This document shows positions 1 to 10,032 of a stretch of DNA of 26,988 bases, one piece after another. Position 1 is the first letter of the stretch; each line of letters opens with the position of its first letter. This DNA comes from a virus. Its lineage: Duplodnaviria > Caudoviricetes. The stretch is taken from positions 1 to 26,988 of IMG/VR virus record IMGVR_UViG_3300047545_001071. One strand, 5' to 3'. The position numbers were made by a program, and so were the translations under genes. The notes under the pieces are model-generated. The model was not told where the DNA came from, ran no database searches, and saw nothing but the letters and a program-made list of their open reading frames with translations.

Positions 1-1045
1 TAAAAGTATAATAATTAAAATCTCTTAAAAGACCTAAGCTATTATCTATAGAAGTAATTTCAGTTTTAATTCGTTCATCTGAAGGACAGGACGGATAAGG
101 GGATGGAGGTCCAGGAGGGCCTGTTGGACCAGGAGGTCCAGCTGGTCCAGGAGGACCGCCAGGTCCAGGAGGACCGCTAGGTCCAGGACCACCGGCCGGG
201 CCAGGACCACCGGATCCGGCCGGGCCGGGACCACCGGCCGGACCAGCTGGTCCGGAACCAGGTGGACCAGGGGGGCCAGGCGGGCCTTGACCACCGGCTC
301 CGCCAGGGGGTCCAGTAGGTCCAGGCGGTCCTTGACCACCAGGAGGACCCGGAGGGCCAGGAGGAGAAGAACCACCCGGGCCGGTCGGACCAGGCGGGCC
401 TGGAGGGCCTCCACTACCACTAGGACCGCGCGGGCCAGCGCCACCGGGAGGACCGAGTGGACCTGAAGGACCTGGAGGACCGGGTGGACCGGGTGGACCT
501 GGAGGAGCGGCTCCTTGAAAGCCTTGCGGACCTTGGGGTCCGGTTGAACCTTGAAAACCTTGTGGACCTTGCGGTCCTCCCGGGCCAGGCGGTCCAGCAG
601 TACCTGCAGGGCCAGTTGTGCCTTGAAAACCTTGCGGTCCTTGTACTAAAGAACCTTGCGGGCCCTGGCCACCTTGTGGGCCTTGACCTCCTTGCGGGCC
701 TGTAGGTCCAGCAGATCCTTGTCTACCGGTAGGACCCGTAGGTCCTGCTACCCCTTGCGGTCCTGTAGGGCCTTGTGGTCCATTACTTCCATTTGTACCA
801 GCTGTGCCTTGTGGCCCTGTAGGGCCTTGTGGTCCTGTTGTGCCTACTGTACCTGCAGGTCCTTGAGGTCCGGTATATCCGGTACTACCTTGCGGGCCAG
901 TGTAGCCTGAAAATCCGGATATACCACTAAAGCCGGATATACCTGAAAATCCACTAGCACCACTATAGCCTGAGTTTCCAGCATAACCAGATCTGCCAGA
1001 AACACCAGAAACACCGGAAGAAGCTGTATAAGTAGATTGAGCCAT
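1..1045 (-). CDS. Collagen-like tail fibre/spike protein with the start of a probable peptidase S74 intramolecular chaperone domain (3'-partial, >=348 aa)
   Basis: Manually translated open frame from ATG 1045 to the window edge: [23 protein letters not shown]... (SGX)n, then (GPQ/GPT/GPP)n, then [29 protein letters not shown], matching the S74 opening motif SDxRLKxxI. TAAATA at 1053-1058. Absent from the ORF track because its stop lies outside the window. Confidence 0.88.
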   Translation of the reverse strand, partial: MAQSTYTASSGVSGVSGRSGYAGNSGYSGASGFSGISGFSGISGFSGYTGPQGSTGYTGPQGPAGTVGTTGPQGPTGPQGTAGTNGSNGPQGPTGPQGVAGPTGPTGRQGSAGPTGPQGGQGPQGGQGPQGSLVQGPQGFQGTTGPAGTAGPPGPGGPQGPQGFQGSTGPQGPQGFQGAAPPGPPGPPGPPGPSGPLGPPGGAGPRGPSGSGGPPGPPGPTGPGGSSPPGPPGPPGGQGPPGPTGPPGGAGGQGPPGPPGPPGSGPAGPAGGPGPAGSGGPGPAGGPGPSGPPGPGGPPGPAGPPGPTGPPGPPSPYPSCPSDERIKTEITSIDNSLGLLRDFNYYTF

Positions 1046-1093
1046 TCAGTAATATTTATCTTTAATATTTACTTCTACAAGTGGTAGGGTAAA

Positions 1094-1990
1094 TTAAAAT
1101 GCTGATGAAATAGCTACTCTACGCCACGCACTTGTAGTAGTGTCATATACATAGAAATGAGTACTGTTTACAGCCCAATACCCTGCTGCTCCTGCAGAAG
1201 CAGATGTGGCTGGAACGGATACTAAAAATGTATTAGTTTGTGAACCGTTTAGTATACCACGCATATTAAGCACAACCCCAGTGGTTGTGCTTGTTGCAAC
1301 TAATACCGGCTTATATACTGAACCGAGCGTGGTAGGTTCAGTAATAGTAGCTGAACCTGCAACAGTATTAGACAAGAAATAAACTTCTCCATCTACTAAA
1401 CCGCTTAAACCAGTAATTGCTCCAACGTAAACAACGGTAAACTCGGAACCAGTAGCAGATTGTACTATTCCAATCACTTCTGCATTAGCTACTGTATCTG
1501 CTTGAGCTAATGCGTAACCTCCTGAGGTTTTTTTAATAACATTACCTGGTGAAAAAGAATTCGAATAGGTAATAGTTTGTGCACCGGCTATACCAGATGC
1601 GCCTGAATAACCGCTTATACCCGAATAACCAGAGATACCTGAGTATCCTGAAATACCTGAATACCCAGAGAAACCAGAGTAACCTGAAGTACCAGAGTAA
1701 CCTGAATAACCAGAAAAGCCGGAAGTACTAGCGCCTGAATAACCAGAAAAGCCGGATGTGCTATCGCCACTATATCCGCTATATCCGGATGTACCTATTC
1801 CAGAGTATCCCGATTCGCCTGAATAACCAGAAAAGCCGGAAGCAGCTGCAGCACCAGCACCAGAGTAACCTGAATACCCTGAAAAACCAGATGTACTATC
1901 GCCTGAATAGCCTGAGTAACCTGAAGTGCTGTTACCTGAATAGCCTGAGTAACCAGAGGCTGCATTAGGATTTGTTCCGAGATATGGCAT
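1094..1990 (-). CDS. Virion/fibre-associated protein: MPYLG N-terminus, SGX repeats, C-terminal beta-rich domain
   Basis: 298 aa ORF; about 130 aa of SG(Y/F/I/T) repeats, then ALAQAD...EVIGIV...GLVDGEVYFLS...G motif seen in phage structural proteins. Confidence 0.75.
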   Translation of the reverse strand: MPYLGTNPNAASGYSGYSGNSTSGYSGYSGDSTSGFSGYSGYSGAGAAAASGFSGYSGESGYSGIGTSGYSGYSGDSTSGFSGYSGASTSGFSGYSGYSGTSGYSGFSGYSGISGYSGISGYSGISGYSGASGIAGAQTITYSNSFSPGNVIKKTSGGYALAQADTVANAEVIGIVQSATGSEFTVVYVGAITGLSGLVDGEVYFLSNTVAGSATITEPTTLGSVYKPVLVATSTTTGVVLNMRGILNGSQTNTFLVSVPATSASAGAAGYWAVNSTHFYVYDTTTSAWRRVAISSAF

Positions 1991-1996
1991 ATTGTG

Positions 1997-2347
1997 TTAG
2001 GTTAATTCTAAAATAGACATTACTACATCAGCTGAGCTAGCTAAGCTGCTTTTTACTTTAATTGAATAACCTGTATTGAGAACTACTTTTTGATCTCCAC
2101 CTACAAGTACAATAGTAGAACCGCCTGGTACTAGTACTTCTCTTATAATATATGTATCATTAGTACCGTCGTTTACTACAGCATCAATATAAATTTGAGC
2201 TGCACTTAAAGAACCACCTGAAAGAGAATTAGATATGGCTAACCCGATTACGGTTGTTTGTGTTGCAGCTGCAACTGTATAGCTACCTACAGCTTCAAAT
2301 GTAGTGCCTATGTTGCGAGATGTTTTTACGTAAAAATTAGATGCCAT
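1997..2347 (-). CDS. Small virion structural protein (MAxxF...SILExT type) that follows fibre genes
   Basis: 116 aa beta-rich ORF; TAAATA at 2358-2363. The gene order ...AVALG / MASNF...SILELT / MPYLG is a module I recall from aquatic phage fibre regions. Confidence 0.7.
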   Translation of the reverse strand: MASNFYVKTSRNIGTTFEAVGSYTVAAATQTTVIGLAISNSLSGGSLSAAQIYIDAVVNDGTNDTYIIREVLVPGGSTIVLVGGDQKVVLNTGYSIKVKSSLASSADVVMSILELT

Positions 2348-2400
2348 ACGCTATAATTATTTATGAATTTATATATCATTTTGTGATATACATTTGTTAT

Positions 2401-5400
2401 TTATCCAAGAGCAACGGCATACGCTATAGCAAGTTGGGAATCTCCGCTATATCCTGAAATGCCTGAGTTACCGCTATAACCGCTTATACCCGAATAACCG
2501 GATGTACTATCCCCACTATATCCGCTTATACCAGAATAACCGCTATCACCGCTATAACCGCTTATGCCTGAATAACCTGAGTATCCACTGTAGCCGGATG
2601 TACCGCTGTAACCGCTTATACCAGAGTATCCTGATTGAGCTGGAGCAGTTGCAGATACCCATTGAGCAGAATCTCCATCATTATAATAAACGTTAAGTTG
2701 ACCATCATCACTATCCCACCATAAAGCACCTTGTGTTGGATTGTCCGGAGGGGATGCAGAAATGGTAGCGCCACTTGTAAACGGTTGCCCATTCACTCTA
2801 TAGTTGCCGGTGATATCAACATCACCAGAAACAAAAATAGCTGAAGTAGCTGAAACAGTTGCAAATGTTACATTACTATAGGTATTTAATTCTTGGTTTG
2901 CACCAGGGCCGCTATAACCGCTTATACCGGAATACCCGCTATCTCCAGAGTATCCACTATAACCAGACTCGCCACTATAACCAGAGTACCCGCTATAGCC
3001 TGACTCTCCATAACCGCTATAACCGCTTATACCAGAATAGCCTGAGTAGCCGCTAAAGCCAGATATACCGGAGTACCCAGACCAGCCTGATATACCAGAA
3101 TAGCCAGAGTACCCTGATATACCACTAAAGCCGCTAATACCACTAAAGCCAGATTGACCGCTATAGCCAGACTCTCCAGACCAGCCTGAATAACCGGACT
3201 CGCCACTAAAGCCAGAATAACCAGAAGCAGCAGCGGCGCCAGATATACCACTATAACCAGAGATACCACTATAGCCGGAAATGCCTGAATAACCTGATAT
3301 ACCACTAAAACCAGAGTAACCTGAAATACCACTAAAGCCGCTTATGCCTGAATAACCAGATTCCCCGCTATAGCCGGAGAAGCCAGAAGCAGCAGCTGCC
3401 CCAGAAATACCACTATAACCAGAAATACCGCTATAGCCAGAATAACCAGACTCGCCACTAAAGCCACTCAAGCCTGAATAACCACTTATACCAGAATAAC
3501 CAGAGTAACCTGAAATACCACTAAAGCCGCTTATACCAGAATAACCTGAGTAGCCGCTGTAACCAGATTCGCCACTGTAACCTGAAGTACCGCTATAGCC
3601 AGACTCTCCGCTAAAACCGCTTATACCACTATAGCCGGAAATACCTGAAAAACCAGACCAGCCAGATATACCGCTAAAGCCAGAAATACCGGAATAGCCA
3701 CTGTAACCGCTAATACCAGAGTCTCCTGAATAACCTGATATACCACTATAACCGCTTATACCTGAGTAGCCAGAGTAACCAGATTCCCCAGACCAGCCTG
3801 ATGTGCCGCTAAAACCACTTATACCGGAATAACCTGAATAACCAGATTCACCACTAAAGCCAGATTCTCCGCTAAAGCCGCTAATACCTGAGTAACCGCT
3901 TATACCGGAATAACCTGATATACCGCTAAAGCCAGATATACCACTGTAACCGCTTATACCAGAATAGCCGGACCACCCTGAGGTGCCACTAAAGCCAGAA
4001 ATACCTGAGTAACCAGACTCACCTATAGCACCAGAATAACCGCTTATACCTGAGTAGCCAGAGTAGCCTGAAATACCAGAGTAACCTGAAATGCCGGAAT
4101 AGCCACTAATACCACTATAACCACTATAGCCTGACTCTCCTGAGTAGCCACTGAACCCAGATTCTCCACTGTAGCCAGACCAACCTGAAATACCTGAATA
4201 ACCAGATATACCGCTAAAGCCACTTATACCGGAATAACCAGAGTACCCAGATATACCACTAAAGCCAGATTGTCCTGAAAAACCAGATTCTCCAGAGTAA
4301 CCACTGTAACCAGATTCTCCTGACCAGCCTGATATACCACTAAAGCCGGACTGACCGGAATAACCGCTAAAGCCGGACCAACCAGAGATGCCTGAATCAC
4401 CGCTAAAGCCGGACTGACCGGAATAACCGCTGTAACCTGACCATCCTGAAATACCCGAATAACCACTGTACCCGGACCAACCAGAGATGCCGGAATCTCC
4501 GCTAAAGCCGCTTACCCCAGAGTAACCTGAGGTACCACTAAACCCAGACTCACCGCTATAGCCAGATTCCCCGGACCAACCTGAAACACCAGAATAACCT
4601 GAATAGCCAGAATAACCAGAATAGCCAGACCAACCGGAAATGCCGGAATAGCCTGAATAACCAGACCAACCGGAAACACCACTGTAGCCAGAATAGCCAC
4701 TATAGCCAGAATAGCCACTATAGCCAGATTCACCGCTGAAGCCAGATTCTCCAGACCAACCGCTAAAGCCAGATTGACCGGAATAACCACTGTAACCAGA
4801 CCAACCAGATATACCAGAGTCTCCTGAATAACCGGAGTAGCCAGATTCACCGCTGTACCCGGACCAGCCAGAGATACCTGAATAACCAGATTCCCCGCTG
4901 AAGCCGCTTATACCAGATTCTCCAGACCAACCTGAAATACCACTAAAGCCGGATTGACCAGAATAGCCACTAAAGCCAGACCAACCAGAGATACCAGAAC
5001 CAGAGTAGCCAGATTCGCCACTATAACCAGAGAAACCAGAGGTACTTGCACCACTATAACCTGATGTACCGCTGAAGCCAGAATAACCAGAAGTACCTAC
5101 TGCACCTCTATATAAGCCAGTTTCAATAAAACTATACGTATTGTCCCCGATGTAGTAGTTAATAACTACGTTGTTACGATTAGTTGCATCAGTAGCTGCT
5201 CTTGCTTGTACTATGAGTCGATCTGTAACACTAAGACTAATTGGGGTGGTGATATTGTAATCAGTTTCTAGATATGCCGGAGGACCACCCACAGGAACAT
5301 TATCCGTAATAAATTGAGAATAAGCTGTAAAGAGAGGGGTAGTTGTTGACCCGTTGTATTTTTCAACAACGTAAGCGAGTCTTACGTATGAACCATTACC

Positions 5401-7989
5401 AGTATTAACAGTGTAGTATTGACCAATAACCCATGTACCTTGCGGTATAACCGTTATTCCCGGCTCCCCAATTGGAGTCATGGAATTACCAAAATTTACA
5501 TAACCATCTGTATCTCTAAAACCAGTTAAGCCTAGATATGTACTAGTTGGAAGTGTTGGTATAGTATCAAATAAAAAATAACCTGAAAGATCAGAAGCAC
5601 TAGTAGTTGGATAATAAGTTACACCAACTGCTGGAGCGCCAGACCAACCTGAGAAACCGGAAACACCGGAACCACTATAACCGGAATAACCACTATAACC
5701 TGATTCCCCGGACCAACCAGAGATACCAGAATAGCCACTTATACCGCTATAACCAGATATACCGCTATAGCCAGATTCTCCAGAAAAACCGCTTATGCCT
5801 GAAAACCCAGACCAACCAGATATACCGCTAAAGCCGGACTGACCAGAATAGCCACTATACCCTGAAAAACCTGATTCCCCACTAAAGCCTGAATAACCAG
5901 ACCAACCAGATATACCGCTAAAGCCAGATTCCCCGGAATAACCAGAGAAGCCACTTTCTCCGCTAAAGCCGCTTATGCCTGAATAGCCGGACCAGCCTGA
6001 TATACCGCTAAAGCCTGATTGACCACTGAAACCAGAATAACCACTTTCACCGCTAAAGCCTGACTCTCCGCTAAAGCCTGATTCGCCTGAATAGCCTGAT
6101 TCACCAGAGTAACCAGAAAAACCAGAAGATGCTGATTGTCCACCTGCACCACTGTAGCCGGAATAACCTGAATGACCAGAAATACCACTAAAGCCAGATT
6201 GTCCGCTATAGCCGGAGTAGCCACTAATACCGGACCAGCCTGATATACCCGAGTAGCCACTATATCCAGATTCTCCGGAATAACCCGATTCCCCAGAATA
6301 ACCTGACCATCCAGAAGTACCGCTAAAGCCAGACTGACCAGAAAAGCCTGAATAACCAGAGTAACCTGACCAACCGCTTACACCGCTAAAGCCGGATTGA
6401 CCGCTAAAGCCAGATTCCCCAGAATAGCCAGAAATGCCTGATGCGCCACTGAAACCGCTATAGCCACTAATACCACTGTAGCCAGATTCTCCAGAGTAAC
6501 CTGATTGTCCACTAAAGCCTGATTGTCCAGAGTAGCCACTAAAACCAGAATAACCAGAAACACCGGATCCGGAGTAACCAGAAATACCGCTAAAACCAGA
6601 AAGACCGCTGTGACCGCTATAGCCGCTTTCTCCACTATAGCCTGACTCTCCGGAGTAGCCACTATAGCCTGACCAGCCGCTTGTACCGCTAAAACCAGAC
6701 TGACCAGAAAAGCCGCTAAGCCCTGTACCACTAAAGCCAGATTGACCGCTATAGCCTGAGTAACCAGAAACAGTTTCACCGCTATAACCAGAAAAACCGG
6801 AAGTACCTACTTCACCAGAATAGCCTGATGTACCTATGCCACTAAAGCCAGATTGCCCTGAGTAACCACTTTGACCAGAGTAACCAGACCAACCGGATGT
6901 ACCGCTAAAGCCTGATTGACCAGAAAAACCAGAGTAACCTGAATAACCACTATAGCCTGACTCTCCACTGAAACCTGATTGACCTATTTCTCCGGAATAA
7001 CCTGACCAGCCGGAAATACCACTACTACCGCTAAAGCCTGATTGTCCGGATTGACCAGACCAACCGGATGTACCGCTAAAGCCTGATTGACCAGAAAAAC
7101 CTGAAGTGCTTGTGCCGCTATAACCAGAAAAACCGGAAGTACCTACTTCACCAGAATAGCCTGATGTTCCTATACCGCTAAAGCCGGATTGACCTGAATA
7201 ACCACTAAAGCCTGAATCTCCAGAATAACCTGACAAGCCGCTAAAGCCGGATTGACCGCTGTAGCCGCTAAAACCTGAGAAACCTGATGCAGCGACTGCA
7301 GCATTACCACTATAACCTGAAAAGCCAGAAGTACCGGAGTAACCTGAAGTGCCGGAACCACTAAACCCAGATTGGCCAGAATAACCACTATAACCAGATA
7401 CACCAGAGTAGCCGCTAATACCGGAAAAACCGGAAGCTGCAGCCGAGCCTGAAAGACCGGAATAACCTGAAAAACCTGAATCACCGGTTAAACCTACCTG
7501 GCCAGAAAAACCTGAAGTGCCGGACCAGCCTGAATAGCCTGATATACCGCTAAATCCAGATATACCTGAAGTACCAGACCAACCAGATATACCACTAAAG
7601 CCAGAAATACCTGAGTACCCTGAATTACCAGAAAAGCCTGAAGTACCAGAAAACCCTGAAGTACTTGCTCCACTAAAACCTGAAAAACCAGAAATACCTA
7701 CTTCACCAGAATAACCTGAGGTACCGAATCCACTATAACCTGAATAACCGCTTGTTCCTGAATAACCAGAAAAGCCTGAAGCAGTAGAACTACCAGCTGC
7801 ACCACTATAACCACTTGTACCAGAATAACCGGAATAACCAGACGCAGAGGCCGAAAATGCTGATACTGCGGTAGAGTAAGAAGTATAAGTTCCGTCCCCG
7901 TTATTGTGCTCAACGAAAATTAAGTCGTTAGCACTTAATGTGGTTATACGAGGTAACTCGTGTGGGAATATAAGAGTAGGATCGGCCAT
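2401..7989 (-). CDS. Giant Ser-Gly-X repeat fibre-like protein (1862 aa)
   Basis: Two long (SGX)n tracts around a globular insert (about aa 785-960), then PPDNPTQGALWWDSDDGQLNVYYNDGDSAQWV and a C-terminal LAIAYAVALG; TAAGTA at 8002-8007. Confidence 0.85.
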   Translation of the reverse strand: MADPTLIFPHELPRITTLSANDLIFVEHNNGDGTYTSYSTAVSAFSASASGYSGYSGTSGYSGAAGSSTASGFSGYSGTSGYSGYSGFGTSGYSGEVGISGFSGFSGASTSGFSGTSGFSGNSGYSGISGFSGISGWSGTSGISGFSGISGYSGWSGTSGFSGQVGLTGDSGFSGYSGLSGSAAASGFSGISGYSGVSGYSGYSGQSGFSGSGTSGYSGTSGFSGYSGNAAVAASGFSGFSGYSGQSGFSGLSGYSGDSGFSGYSGQSGFSGIGTSGYSGEVGTSGFSGYSGTSTSGFSGQSGFSGTSGWSGQSGQSGFSGSSGISGWSGYSGEIGQSGFSGESGYSGYSGYSGFSGQSGFSGTSGWSGYSGQSGYSGQSGFSGIGTSGYSGEVGTSGFSGYSGETVSGYSGYSGQSGFSGTGLSGFSGQSGFSGTSGWSGYSGYSGESGYSGESGYSGHSGLSGFSGISGYSGSGVSGYSGFSGYSGQSGFSGQSGYSGESGYSGISGYSGFSGASGISGYSGESGFSGQSGFSGVSGWSGYSGYSGFSGQSGFSGTSGWSGYSGESGYSGESGYSGYSGISGWSGISGYSGYSGQSGFSGISGHSGYSGYSGAGGQSASSGFSGYSGESGYSGESGFSGESGFSGESGYSGFSGQSGFSGISGWSGYSGISGFSGESGFSGYSGESGFSGISGWSGYSGFSGESGFSGYSGYSGQSGFSGISGWSGFSGISGFSGESGYSGISGYSGISGYSGISGWSGESGYSGYSGYSGSGVSGFSGWSGAPAVGVTYYPTTSASDLSGYFLFDTIPTLPTSTYLGLTGFRDTDGYVNFGNSMTPIGEPGITVIPQGTWVIGQYYTVNTGNGSYVRLAYVVEKYNGSTTTPLFTAYSQFITDNVPVGGPPAYLETDYNITTPISLSVTDRLIVQARAATDATNRNNVVINYYIGDNTYSFIETGLYRGAVGTSGYSGFSGTSGYSGASTSGFSGYSGESGYSGSGISGWSGFSGYSGQSGFSGISGWSGESGISGFSGESGYSGISGWSGYSGESGYSGYSGDSGISGWSGYSGYSGQSGFSGWSGESGFSGESGYSGYSGYSGYSGYSGVSGWSGYSGYSGISGWSGYSGYSGYSGYSGVSGWSGESGYSGESGFSGTSGYSGVSGFSGDSGISGWSGYSGYSGISGWSGYSGYSGQSGFSGDSGISGWSGFSGYSGQSGFSGISGWSGESGYSGYSGESGFSGQSGFSGISGYSGYSGISGFSGISGYSGISGWSGYSGESGFSGYSGESGYSGYSGISGYSGISGYSGISGYSGYSGISGYSGAIGESGYSGISGFSGTSGWSGYSGISGYSGISGFSGISGYSGISGYSGISGFSGESGFSGESGYSGYSGISGFSGTSGWSGESGYSGYSGISGYSGISGYSGDSGISGYSGYSGISGFSGISGWSGFSGISGYSGISGFSGESGYSGTSGYSGESGYSGYSGYSGISGFSGISGYSGYSGISGYSGLSGFSGESGYSGYSGISGYSGISGAAAASGFSGYSGESGYSGISGFSGISGYSGFSGISGYSGISGYSGISGYSGISGAAAASGYSGFSGESGYSGWSGESGYSGQSGFSGISGFSGISGYSGYSGISGWSGYSGISGFSGYSGYSGISGYSGYGESGYSGYSGYSGESGYSGYSGDSGYSGISGYSGPGANQELNTYSNVTFATVSATSAIFVSGDVDITGNYRVNGQPFTSGATISASPPDNPTQGALWWDSDDGQLNVYYNDGDSAQWVSATAPAQSGYSGISGYSGTSGYSGYSGYSGISGYSGDSGYSGISGYSGDSTSGYSGISGYSGNSGISGYSGDSQLAIAYAVALG

Positions 7990-8019
7990 TGCGCGTTTAA
8001 TTACTTATGGGACACCATA

Positions 8020-8940
8020 TTAATTATCAGGGCTCTGTACAACAACATATGTAGTCGCGGATGCTCCGAGCGCACCTGTAGTTTGCCCCTGCGCTCCTGC
8101 TACACCGACATAATTTACCCAAGTTGCGTTTTCGTCATAATCTCCGTACACACTAGTGTTAGCTTGTGTGTTATCCTTGTAATTAAATACTTCTTTAGAA
8201 TCTTTATCAACAAACTGGGTATATGCTTTAGTTTCTAAAACTTTAGGTAAGTTATTAACCTGGCCTTCAACCTTGTTATCATACACTTGATCACTAAGAG
8301 CTTCTCTTGGAGCATCCAATTCGAAGTTATAATCAAAGCGTTTCGCCTTTATCATCCAAACGTAATGGCCCATGAGTTGGTTATTTTCACCACCCATTTC
8401 GTCAACTCGTTCAGTTATTTCAAATATGCGCCCGTTTCTTCCTCCCGGTCTAGTTGAACCGTATTCAGTAAGCTGTAATAAATCCCCGGCTTTCGGTTCA
8501 TAATTTGACGCAGACAACACTCCACTAATTGCAGTAACTGTTGCATAAAAAGTGTCTATAGGAATAATTGCAGTTAAATCTGCCTGTCCTTCTAAACCAA
8601 ACTTACTAAGAATGATATTATCATTGCTAAGTTGAATAGCCATTACTATTGGAAACGGTACTGAATACCTTACCAATGGTTGCTCACCATAAAAATAATC
8701 ATGAGCAGATAAATTATAACCATTAATATAGTAGCTAACTTGCATACCATATTGGCCGATTTGTTCTTTCCACCAATTGTTCCAAAGCTGTTGCTCGGAT
8801 TCATTATTACCAACATCTAAGTATCTCACCCCGCTTGTACCATACACACAATTGTACCCACCACTTAATTGATAACCAACTTGGGAGGTTCCGGGCGGTA
8901 CATAAGGTCCTGTATTAATACAGTATTGTGCAATGGACAT
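8020..8940 (-). CDS. T4 gp14-like neck/head-closure protein
   Basis: Motifs EQIGQYGMQVSYY, DYFYGE, LSKFGL, PKAGDLL and IFEITE match the gp14 pattern. Start re-called to ATG 8940 (TAAATA 5 nt upstream), which removes the overlap with the + strand gene. Confidence 0.75.
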   Translation of the reverse strand: MSIAQYCINTGPYVPPGTSQVGYQLSGGYNCVYGTSGVRYLDVGNNESEQQLWNNWWKEQIGQYGMQVSYYINGYNLSAHDYFYGEQPLVRYSVPFPIVMAIQLSNDNIILSKFGLEGQADLTAIIPIDTFYATVTAISGVLSASNYEPKAGDLLQLTEYGSTRPGGRNGRIFEITERVDEMGGENNQLMGHYVWMIKAKRFDYNFELDAPREALSDQVYDNKVEGQVNNLPKVLETKAYTQFVDKDSKEVFNYKDNTQANTSVYGDYDENATWVNYVGVAGAQGQTTGALGASATTYVVVQSPDN

Positions 8941-8945
8941 AAAAA

Positions 8946-8988
8946 TATTTACTATATTGTATAGAATTAACATTAGATATACTAAATA
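8946..8988. promoter_or_regulatory. Divergent pair of late-type promoters (TAAATA on each strand)
   Basis: Minus-strand TAAATA at 8946-8951, 5 nt from ATG 8940; plus-strand TAAATA at 8983-8988, 9 nt from ATG 8998. Confidence 0.7.
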
Positions 8989-8997
8989 ATATTGATA

Positions 8998-9978
8998 ATG
9001 AAGCTTAAAAATCTTTCCGACCTTAGCGAAGCATATTCCAAAGTTGCCGCGATTTCTGTAGAGCAGCAAGAAGTTGTTACAGAAAATAAAGCAGACTTTA
9101 TTCTTAATACTGATGTTACTCAGTACCTATCCGAAAATGTTAACAAACCAGGTCAAGCACTTGGTGGTGGTCCAGGTACCGGCAAGGGTGGAATGATTGA
9201 ACCACTTGCAAAGAAGACTGGCCCGGTAGGTCTTAAAGGAAATAACTTTAACGAAGTGGATCACAAGGCTGATCCAGGTTCAGATGCTAAAGTAATGAAG
9301 AAAGAAGAAGAGCATGATGAACCAGCATCCGAAAACGAACATGAGGATGAAGCCGCAAAAATTACAACTCCTGTAGAAAAAGTTAAGGAATCTGCACAGG
9401 AGAACAATAAATATAATTACAAACCAAAGTTTACTATGTCAAAACCAAAATTCGATCAATTATACGAGGAAGCACTTAAGCGCGTTCCTTTCACTGAAGA
9501 TGCTGATGCAGAAATGGCTGATGAAGGCGATATGCATCACGAAGACGATATGGGCGTACCAGGCGCTGATGATGCAGCAGCTGATGCTCCAGAAGTTGAT
9601 ATGGGTGGGGATGAAGTAACCATTACTCTTCCAAAAGATCTCGCACAAAAGCTTCATGACCTTTTAATGGCAAAGCTCGGTGGTGAAGAAGAAGTAATTG
9701 GTGCTGAAGAGCCAATCGGTGACGTTGCTGCAGAAGCAATCGTAAACGAACCAACACCTAAGGAAGAAAAGGGCAATAATGCTGCTCTCCAAGGTAAGAA
9801 CAATAAGGTTGGCGATCTTCATGCAGTAAAGCACGCTGTAGAAAAGGGTGCTGCTAAGGAAGCTCCAACACCTAAGGATGCAGAACATTTCGATTCAAAG
9901 CTTCAAAACACCAAGGGTGGCGCTAACAAGACCGGTTCCGGTACTGTAGCAACTCCTGGTAAGAAGATGTTTGAATAA
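8998..9978 (+). CDS. Acidic low-complexity protein, probable prohead core/internal head protein
   Basis: 326 aa from ATG 8998; rich in E/D/A/K/G; late motif upstream; strong terminator downstream; possible second in-frame start at 9436. Function is inferred. Confidence 0.65.
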   Translation: MKLKNLSDLSEAYSKVAAISVEQQEVVTENKADFILNTDVTQYLSENVNKPGQALGGGPGTGKGGMIEPLAKKTGPVGLKGNNFNEVDHKADPGSDAKVMKKEEEHDEPASENEHEDEAAKITTPVEKVKESAQENNKYNYKPKFTMSKPKFDQLYEEALKRVPFTEDADAEMADEGDMHHEDDMGVPGADDAAADAPEVDMGGDEVTITLPKDLAQKLHDLLMAKLGGEEEVIGAEEPIGDVAAEAIVNEPTPKEEKGNNAALQGKNNKVGDLHAVKHAVEKGAAKEAPTPKDAEHFDSKLQNTKGGANKTGSGTVATPGKKMFE

Positions 9979-10001
9979 GACATAGTAATCTTATAAATTG
10001 C

Positions 10002-10026
10002 AAAGCCCGCTTCGGCGGGCTTTTTT
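10002..10026. terminator. Rho-independent terminator, probably bidirectional
   Basis: AAAGCCCGC-TTCG-GCGGGCTTTTTT (cUUCGg loop) between convergent genes. Confidence 0.9.
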
Positions 10027-10032
10027 ATTGTC

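Noticed and set aside
46-7913. Many alternative-frame and opposite-strand ORFs over the collagen and SGX genes (e.g. 46..444, 457..705, 4512..4850, 6378..6779)
   Set aside because: Shadows of triplet-periodic repeats, with no promoters or independent coding signal.
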